From Octopus vulgaris (taxonomy: Eukaryota), in contig OX597821.1 in the NCBI GenBank assembly GCA_951406725.2, positions 2,976,001-3,040,000 of the forward strand: a DNA stretch of 64,000 nt. The letters run 5' to 3'. Positions 54,492-64,000 of the stretch are shown here, one piece after another. Both the position numbers and the translations under genes were made by a program. Within the stretch, counting starts at the first letter, position 1; every line of letters begins with the position of its first letter. The notes beneath the pieces were generated by a model that saw only the letters and a list, made by a program, of their open reading frames with translations, was not told where the DNA came from and made no database searches.

Positions 54492-54494
<3 letters not shown>
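51705..54494 (+). mobile_element. Degraded hAT DNA transposon (ZMYM1/DUF4371-type transposase)
   Basis: ORFs 52546..52992, 52977..53492 and 53737..54264 carry LFCWPCLLF, SGNYKELI, IQNELI, VDETSDVS, QTYDGAATM, FIHCCAHILNL. The right end reads cagtggcgtgcgg on the minus strand (TIR-like). Subterminal repeats at 51829-52190. Confidence 0.9.
54113..54323. mobile_element. MITE-like fold-back insertion within the hAT element
   Basis: ggtactatttaagaagagtggtcccg pairs with cgggaccactctttttaaatagtatc. Inner inverted pair gtgactagtcgat/atcgactagtcac. Confidence 0.75.
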
Positions 54495-54532
<38 letters not shown>

Positions 54533-54638
54533 TTATATATATATATATATATGTATATGTATATTTGTATATGCACATGTATATATATATGTGTATATAT
54601 ATGTGTGTATATGTATGTGTATATATATACATATACAT

Positions 54639-54673
<35 letters not shown>

Positions 54674-55744
54674 CATATATATACGTGCATGCGTCTGTAT
54701 GTGACCGAAATTTTGTGCGTGCTTTATCAATCTGAGCATGTGCATTCTACATAGTAGCGCAAAAGTATATAAAGAAGTGCTTGTTACATGCTTCTTGTAG
54801 GTTCGTTATAAATATGTAGACGGCGCTACTATTACTGAGAGGGCGATCTATAAATTAATAACAAAATATGAGAATATTTAAAACTTATATTCTTCAAAAA
54901 TATCGTTTTGGCTGAAAGAGAGAGAGAAGGAAACATAGAGATCTGTTGAGTGCAACGAAATGTTTATTCAGATTTGGAATATTCATTTAGCGTTATCTTT
55001 TCTTAACATTGCACTTATAATTTCAGAATATGAAAGAGATCTGTATTTCCTTTAATTTCATGTGATGGATAATAATTGTTCCAACAATATAACGAGATTA
55101 ATTCAAGCTATATTCTTCTCTCACCTCCCGCTTCTTTCTTCACAATAGAAATAAAAGAAAACTGCATGGTCTCGTGAACATGTTATATATAAAACACACC
55201 AGGCATATTAATTTGTGAAAACTAGAAACATATTGATAATGGAACAACAATTATGGAATCAAATATTTCAGAAATCGATAGAAATACAGTGTTACACATG
55301 AATCATTGAACGTATTTCTGGAACAAAGGAAAATATGAATGCAACACATTAAGACAAAATTATCATTTCAAACGACATGTTTTGCTAAGACACTCTACAG
55401 AAGCATATCGACAGATTTCATTATGAAATGCACCGGGTTTATTTCGAAGATAATACATTCATCACTTATTGAATATACAGTGCATACTATTAAATGTACT
55501 CGCATAAAAGTATGTATATGTCGACCTGTCTGACTGTCTGTCTGTATGTACGAGTGTGTGTGTCTGTAATTGTGTGTACAATTATGCATGTATTTATAAA
55601 ATTATGAACTGTAAATCCACTATCTTTTTCCTGGTATTCCTTAATTCCAAATCGAAATTTCTGATCCTGCTTCTTGTTCTGGAGTGTTACGTCCCTTATT
55701 TTTCGTGGCCCGAATGCAAATGATTCTACATGCTTATAAACACA

Positions 55745-55805
<61 letters not shown>

Positions 55806-58347
55806 CCAGAGATATATTATACATACATGCCTGCACATAAACGTACATATAAGGAAATATTGCAAATGACTTGTTACAGAAATCTCCAATACAGCTTTAG
55901 AATTACTTTTGGTTTAATTCTTAATCATTCTACCTTATAAATAGTCAAGATGATATATCGTGTGTCTTAAACCCGTTTACTTACACAACGTACCCTCATC
56001 TATTAAAATTCTACTGTCGACTAATTTCTAATTACTTTTGTTTTTATAATTATTATACATATATTAGGCTAAGGAGCCTTGTATAATTCCCTGTTATATA
56101 CTAAGTCGTGCATTTTGTTGCACACCTGAAGAAAATTTGTTTTATATTGGTAGTACATTTCTATTATGTTACTAATTGCTTTCTCATTTAAGTATTCTTA
56201 ATGCGTAAGTTAAATATTACGATGACACCTTCCTTCAAATTCATTCATTAGTTAATGCTATTTGAAACAAAACGCTCGAACGCGTGAACACCGTGACGAA
56301 CTGTATAATGTACACCATTATTTTAAATACATTTAAAAGGTGACAGAATCGTTAGCACGCCGGTCGAAATGCTTATTGGGTTTGTAGCCTGTTTTGGTTT
56401 TATGGGTTCAAATTTCGCCGAGGGCGACTTATTATTGCGTGATCGATAAAACCAGGACTGCCATGTTATGTTGGCAAACAATCTTTACTACCAATTTTGG
56501 TTTGTTTATTTTATCATATATTATATTCATAGCATATTATGTTATAATATCATATAAGTAATTGGATTGACAATTTTATCTCTCTATTTAATTTATTGTT
56601 TATACATTTACATACATACATATATACACATTTCTATGCACTCGAAACGTGAGGCGTAAAACACTATCTGAACAATTTGTGGCTGTGCACTGATGCTACA
56701 TACGTAGGACACGCAGTTCATTCAGGGTTCTTCCGTACGATGGAATTCACTTTATTTAATTCCGTGGCTTAGCATTGCATCATACTTATATGACGAGAAA
56801 TTATATTAAAAATGAATGTGTCCATTGAACCGTCATATTAAAACTGCTTATTGTCAAATAATCGATGAAGCTCTCATTTCCCAGTAACTATTTCAGTAGA
56901 GTTACATCATTACCCAGTCTACCAGACAATCATCATCTTCACCTTCTAATACTCTCTCGCTAAGGGCAAACATTCGCTACGGTACACTTCGCTTTGTCGT
57001 CACTCAAATAATATTTAGTTCAATTCATTGTTACTGGGGTAGACGCAGAAGACAATGCATTCCAGGTTGTTAAGATGAAGAAAAAAAAACTACTCTCGAT
57101 CTTCAATGCATAAATATTTATATTCAGTTTTAACAAAATAAATGCTATTGGTTCTAATAACGACAGGGAAATAATGTTTACACTATGGCAGTGCGAAGCT
57201 TATATTAGGCGTTGTTGTATTCGGCTTGATAGTATTTGCTATCGTGTGTTTCTTGCAATTAGTTGGTGATGAGGTGTTGTTGCTATGCCGTCAATTTTTT
57301 TTATGATTGTGACATGGTCTAGTCTTCTGTTTTATTGTCACTGCCTGCTCTAGCTTCCAATCCGCTATCTTGTGGTCAAGATGCGCTGAATATTTAGTGA
57401 TAAAGCGTGGTGCAGATGAAATGTTATAAGATCGAATTCGACAGGATCTCTTGAATGGTCAGATATTTTGGAGACATTGGTAGCAGTTAAGTGAATCGAA
57501 ATCGTGTTCTTTAGATGGTGTTCACTTCGTATATAATGATCCGATTTCGATTTCTAAATTTTGCTAACCCTAAATATTCCTGCTGCAATGTATAAAAGGT
57601 TTCAACTGAAATACGCACATGCTAATTAATCTTGTGTCCCTACTGCTCATTAAAGTTTATTTCTTTGACAAATGTCACTATTCGACTATCTCTCTGGATA
57701 AGACAAGTCACGCTTAATCTTTGGCAAAGGAAGATGGATTATAATACTTGGTTTTTTAAATTATATTAAAAAATTAACTTTAACAAATACAAATATTTGC
57801 GTAAGGCGCTGTTGAGTGTGAAGCGTTTAAATAGAATATGAATAAATATTTACATACCAATGTTAATTAAATAAGCCATACTACATGTCAAAGCCCTTTC
57901 AGTTTATGATTATATCTCAATAGGTTTTGTTATTCTGTCAATGTACAAAAAAAAATATAACACATTGTTATAATTCAGTTCTGAAGATGGTATTTCCTTC
58001 TATATCATCCACATATAGAACTCTAAGACACTCTAAGACACAGGCCTGAGATCCACAAAATGTGGTTATTTTCAACAACACCCTGGTCGAAGCTATCAAG
58101 AAACCATGTTAATATTTCTTTTCATAAAAATTTAGATTAAAATGCAATTTTTGTTAAACCAATAGCATCTATTTGGCTTGGTGTTGCAAAAAATGATACT
58201 AGGTTCCATGCTGGGATGTATAATATATATATATATATGTGTGTGTGTGTTTGTATACGTATGTATGTGTACGTATGTATAAGTATATATATATATATAT
58301 ATATATATAAATTTATTTATTTATATTTATATATATGTATATATACT

Positions 58348-58378
<31 letters not shown>

Positions 58379-58499
58379 ATATATACATATATATGTATAC
58401 ATATATATATATATAGATGTATATATATATATATATGTACATTTATATGTATATATATATATATGTATATGCATACATATGTTTATATATATACATATA

Positions 58500-58890
58500 T
58501 ACTCTTTTACTTCTTTCAGTCATTTGACTGCGGCCATGCTGGAGCACCGTCTTTAGTCGATCAAATCGACCCCGGGACTTATTCTTTGTAAGCCCAGTAC
58601 TTATTCTATCGGTCTCCTTTGCCGAACCGCTAAGTTACGGGGACGTAAACACACCAGCATCGGTTGTCAAGCAATGCTAGGGGGACAAACACAGACACAC
58701 AAACACACATATATATATGCATATATACGACAGCCTTCTTTCAGTTTCCGTCTACCAAATCCACTCACAAGGCATTGGTCGGCCCGGGGCTATAGCAGAA
58801 GACACTTGCCCAAGATGCCACGCAGTGGACTGAACCCGCAACCATGTGGTTGGTTAGCAAGCTACTTACCACACAGCCACTCCTGCGCCT
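58500..58890 (-). mobile_element. SINE family A, full length
   Basis: Reverse complement of the 10171-10619 pattern, flanked by (TA)n on both sides. Confidence 0.92.
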
Positions 58891-58921
58891 GTATATATAT
58901 ATACATATATATATACATATG

Positions 58922-58998
<77 letters not shown>

Positions 58999-59170
58999 AA
59001 TATTAGGGAATAAATCCAAATTTACAGGGAAAAAATCAGATTTAGGATTAAATCCAATTTTATAGTAAAATATTATAAAATATTATTAGAGACAAAACCA
59101 CTATTTTGCAAAACAAACAAGGAAAGACTTAATCAATACATAAAATTTTAATAAATATTCAAAAAAACCG

Positions 59171-59213
59171 CCACTACAATTGTTTCTTGTCTTGATCGAC
59201 AATCTTCAGGTGG
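59171..59213 (-). ncRNA. Compact intact type I hammerhead ribozyme
   Basis: ccac-CTGAAGA-ttgtc gatcaa gacaa-GAA-ACAATTGT-A-gtgg. All stems are Watson-Crick and the core is canonical. Confidence 0.88.
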
Positions 59214-59385
59214 ACAACCGACGTTGGTGTGTTTACATCCCCGTAACTTACGATTCATCAAAAGAGATCCATAGAATAAGAACTAGGCTTACAAACAATA
59301 CGTCCTGGGACGATTTGTTCAACTAAAGGCGGTGCTCCAGCATGGCCGCAGTCAAATGACTGACACAAATAAAAGAATAAATGAA
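59213..59385 (+). mobile_element. SINE family A, 3' half
   Basis: gacaaccga...ggtgtgtttacatccccgtaactt...ggcggtgctccagcatggccgcagtcaaatgactg. Confidence 0.85.
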
Positions 59386-59559
59386 TATATATGTGCGTGC
59401 ATACTTTTGTTTGGTGGGTTGCGTGGGTGTGTGTGTTTCACGCTGTATCACATCGTCCAGATGATGAGGTGCTATGAAACACCGCTGGTCACAAGTGCAG
59501 TTTCATTCCAACTCTATCTTGCTTGACTCAAATAGTGTAACTAAATATTGTCTTGCTTT

Positions 59560-60680
59560 CACCACAGAGGCTTTCTAAGTGATCATTTGGGATCTCTTGG
59601 ATAGCTCTCGGCAACTACGCAATTTGACCTGATGTCTGTGTGCCTGGAGGCATTTTTGGCATAGTGGAAATTGTGCTTTCTCTATTCTGCGATCACATTG
59701 TTCATTCCGCTCCATTTAGAATATGTTCAGTATTGGTATTTCTAGCATGGATATTTTCATGGCTACTTGCGTCGTAGCGAATCAATCTTCTTCGTAGTTG
59801 ACCATTTGTTATTTGTTTATAAGAGCGTATGTAGGACGGTGCACTTGAATAGTGCAATACATATGGTATTGTCTGTGTATGTTTTAGCATATCCCCTATT
59901 GCAGTAAAGACCTTCTACCCTGCCCTTACTCACTTTGTGATTTCAGCACCCGTATCGCGTTGCATGCGCACTGTGTGTCGTAAGTGGACGTACTCATTTA
60001 GATCCTCGATTTCAATGGATCCCACCTATATTCGGCCTTCTACAACCCATTTTTTTATTACCCACAAGGGTCTAAACATAGAAGGGACAAACAAGGACAG
60101 ACATAGGTTTTAAGTCGATTACATCTACCCCAGTGCTTAACTGGTACTTAATTTATCGACCCCGAAAGGATGAAAAGTAGAGTTGACCTCGGCGGAATTT
60201 GTACTCACAACGTAACGGCAGACGAAATACTGCTAAGCATTTCGCCCGACGTGCTAACGTTTCTGCCAGCTCGCCGCCTTTACAACCTTCTACAACCGCT
60301 TCATACTGCATATATTTTGCATTCATGCAGCGCATTGTAAGGCCTATTGCTAAGCTATGCTTGTTCAGCTCTGTCAGCATGGTCTGCAGCTGGTCTATGG
60401 TTTCAGCGAATATTACAGTGTCATTTGCGAACCAAATGTGTGCTAGTTGCCCATCATAGATGTTTACTCCACTTATCCAATGGATATTGGTAATGACAAT
60501 TTCGAGACATACACTAAAGTGTTTTGGAGAGATGGTATCTCCTTGTCCGAAACTCTTCCGATTTGGAAGTCTGGTTGTTAATAGCAGAGCTATATCTCTT
60601 ATGCCTCTATATTTCGCATCTATGTGCATTTTGATGTATTGTTCCTCCGCACCTTTTATAGACATGTATGTATTCACATA
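59560..60680 (-). mobile_element. Degraded RTE-clade LINE RT fragment interrupted by a SINE
   Basis: GQGDTISPKHF...AHIWFANDTVIFAETIDQLQTML. The extent downstream of the SINE is approximate. Confidence 0.75.
60048..60285 (-). mobile_element. Full-length SINE family B (tail type 1) with a 12-bp TSD
   Basis: ccttctacaacc at 60036-60047 and 60286-60297. Tail ctatgtttagacccttgtgggtaataaaaaaa. Confidence 0.9.
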
Positions 60681-61999
60681 CGTATACTGGCACATAAAAT
60701 ATGTCAAATCTTTAATTCGATTCAAATCCTTCTTAATATTAAATAGCATACGTTTTCATATTTTTCAGTTGCATCCACATGTCTTTCCACCTCAGTGGTA
60801 CGAATGGGGGCTTTGAGTTGGAGACATCAAAAATATTCAGGTAAGAGCGTATTTGGCGATATACGTACCGTTTTAAATGAATATCAAGATCCTTTCAGGC
60901 TGCAATCATTGTTCTTTTTATTTTCGAGAAAAGAACATATAAAAATACATTTTGAACAAGATCACTTACCGACAACATATGTGTGTATGTGCACATACAC
61001 ACACGCAAACACATACGTACACACGCACACATAAGCTCATGCACATATATTTATAAATATATATGTATTTGTGTGGGTGTGTGTGTGTGTATTTTTCTGC
61101 GGGTGTAGAGCGTGATGGATTTTGTTGTTATTATTCACTTTACTGTTCAGATTTTTATTCAATTCCCGAACACGATTAAGTGAAACATTATTTATCATAT
61201 ATACTATATACTTATACTGAAACAGTAATATACAACAGGCGCCCCTTGAAGCCCAAACATATGAACTCTCATCTACAATGCTTTATGTATACACAGAAAC
61301 GCACGCGCGCAGACGCACAGACAGATGCGCACACACACACGTACGTATAAGCATACGGACGTAAATACCCTTCTCTTTGTTGGTCTGTATATATGTTGTA
61401 AATATATATATATATACGTATATATAGCTAGCTTTCTCTGACTGTTTCCCTGACTTTACACACATCCATACACACACATACTGAATAGAAAAAAAAATAC
61501 AAGCGTTTAAGCAGCAAATGACGTGGGGATTTTCGTGAGTTTTCGATTATTCTGATATATTCAATTAATTTTACTACAATGCTGTAAATCTCGTGACATG
61601 GTGGATGACAGGTCAATTAAGAAGTTAATCTGCTTAGTTAATCTGTTAACAAATCTTATCATCTAATTTGACATGAATGCCTGCGAACCTTAATTTCAAT
61701 TGAATTAATTTTCATTCGTGGATACATCTCCTGATTGTATGGCAGAGAAAATCTATTACCTGCAACAACACTAATTGCATAATACTAAGATAGACTTAAT
61801 TTGCACACCTGTAAGTGACTGAGAATAATAATGAGCGTGTGTGAGTGTGTGTGCGAATGCGTGTGAATGTGTGTGTGTGTCAATAAATGTAAGTATGTAT
61901 GTGTATGTGAGTTTGCTTGAGTGATGGTTGGAATATATTTGTAATTGTAAATGAAGGGCATATATGAATACTAGGGAATATCCATCGCTTTGATGGACC

Positions 62000-62093
<94 letters not shown>

Positions 62094-62379
62094 ATATATA
62101 TATATATATGTACATATACACACACATATATAAACATAGGTGCAAGCATATATATATATATATATACATATATATACACGTGCGTATTTAAACACACACA
62201 AACAACACACATATATAGGTGTACGTATGCATATACCCACACATACATATTATGTATTTGTGTGTGTTTATACATGGACTGAAAGATAGAGAGAGAGAGG
62301 CACACACAGTAAGGTAGTGGGGGAGAAAGAGAGACAGATAGAGAATGAAAGATGGAGTGAGAAAGAGAGACTAAAATAG

Positions 62380-62453
62380 AGAAAGAAAGAAAGGAGGAAA
62401 AAGAAAGAAAGGAATAAAGAAAGAAAGAAAGAAAGAAGGAAAGAAAGAAAGAG

Positions 62454-62488
<35 letters not shown>

Positions 62489-62507
62489 ATGAAAGAAAGA
62501 ATGAAAG
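62380..62507. repeat. (GAAA)n purine-rich microsatellite
   Basis: Visible run. Confidence 0.95.
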
Positions 62508-63755
62508 ATTCATACAAGTGCAACAACATCTACATTTACAGAAATTTATATCTGTAATAATCTCATTATCTATTCCATGCATTATGTCTACACCCAGCCA
62601 CCAGCATAAAATTCAACCGCATTCGCATATATCCATTATTGTACTACAGTAATTATCTATAAATTTTAGTACCTGAATATCTTGTAATTTTAAACATGAA
62701 CTAGGAGGACACAGATATTGAGCAATGTAGAAGTGGTTTCAATCCTGCATTACACTTGAATCAGGCAATAATCCATTTATTACGCCTATTATAATATAGT
62801 ACAACTTCGCTATAAACGCCTATTAACGTAGCTTTAAATTTTGAGTTGTACTAAGTGCCTAGAAAGCTTATATATATAAAAAAAAACTATTCTATTCAAT
62901 CTTATTCTGAGTTTATAATGAACGTATTTGTGGACGGTTAGTGATGAATTACCAACACAGAAAGTATATTTCTGCTCAAGAAAAAACTGTATAGAAAGTA
63001 AGGCGTCTACGTTTATCCATACATGTAATAATAATCATAGTTATAAATGTGTACTGTAGTAAAAGTTTTTATTAATGACCAACAATGCACCACTATATTT
63101 TTTCTGTATACACATGTACACGCGTTCGCACATACACGCACTCACACACATACACACTCAGAAACAAACACACATACACACACACACACTCGTACAAAAA
63201 CACAGTGCATATTCATTGCAGTATGAAGGAAAGACAGTGAGAGAAAGAGTACATAATAGTAAAGTTTATTTACGAACAGCTTGTGGCAGTGCTATATAAG
63301 GATGATAATGCTGTTGATTAACCCCAGGAAAACTTTTTACCAGTTGGCTGTCGACACACAGATTGTGTCCGTCTCGTGTAAGCAAGGGATGTATTGCCCC
63401 TCCATCATACATACGTATATATATACATATAGATATACATTCATACATATATATAAAGTAGAAAACAACCACCTTTTATAAATTCAATAATGAAAAATTA
63501 AATTATACCATTTAGAAAATATACATAAAAGAGAAATATTAAATATAAGATAAAACATATAGCAATGATTAAGTAATGAGCAAAATAATAAATAAACGTA
63601 TATAATTGGTAGAATAACAACACGTGTTTTGTGGCTATATAAGAAAAGCTAATATTAATAATAATAATAAAATCACTTCAAAATAAATATAGCCACTCTT
63701 CAGGTTAACGATGAAAACAATAAAATCATTAATTAGATAAATTAATAAATATACG

Positions 63756-63856
<101 letters not shown>

Positions 63857-64000
63857 ATATAAATTATATATATATATATATATACATACATATATATATA
63901 TATACACACACATATATATATATAAAAGCAATTAAGATTCAAATCAATTCCAATGAATTTACTTGAATGTGGTACTTAACTTAGATGCACCAGAAAACTA

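Overview
Very AT-rich, microsatellite-saturated eukaryotic DNA. The repeat content suggests a coleoid cephalopod, probably Octopus (inference). I recognise no host protein-coding exon; nearly all short ORFs are translations of (TA)n/(CA)n tracts. The identifiable content is mobile DNA: a nearly full-length CR1/L2-group LINE (1431-5117, minus), remnants of L1/Tx1, RTE, Tc1, hAT and a Penelope-like GIY-YIG element, and many copies of three or four tRNA-headed SINE families. The main signal is about 16 type I hammerhead-ribozyme motifs, intact to degenerate. They sit in short non-coding elements, mostly next to (TA)n tracts, often with inverted or direct terminal repeats, and most have a family-specific palindromic stem III. 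Other notable items: a TSD-flanked ORF1-only (HAL1-like) retroelement whose 3' tail matches one SINE family, recurrent SINE-into-SINE junctions at one site, a LINE/SINE pair sharing a 3' end, and a perfect 97-bp inverted duplication flanking a probable 2.3-kb inversion. All alignments and folds were done by eye.
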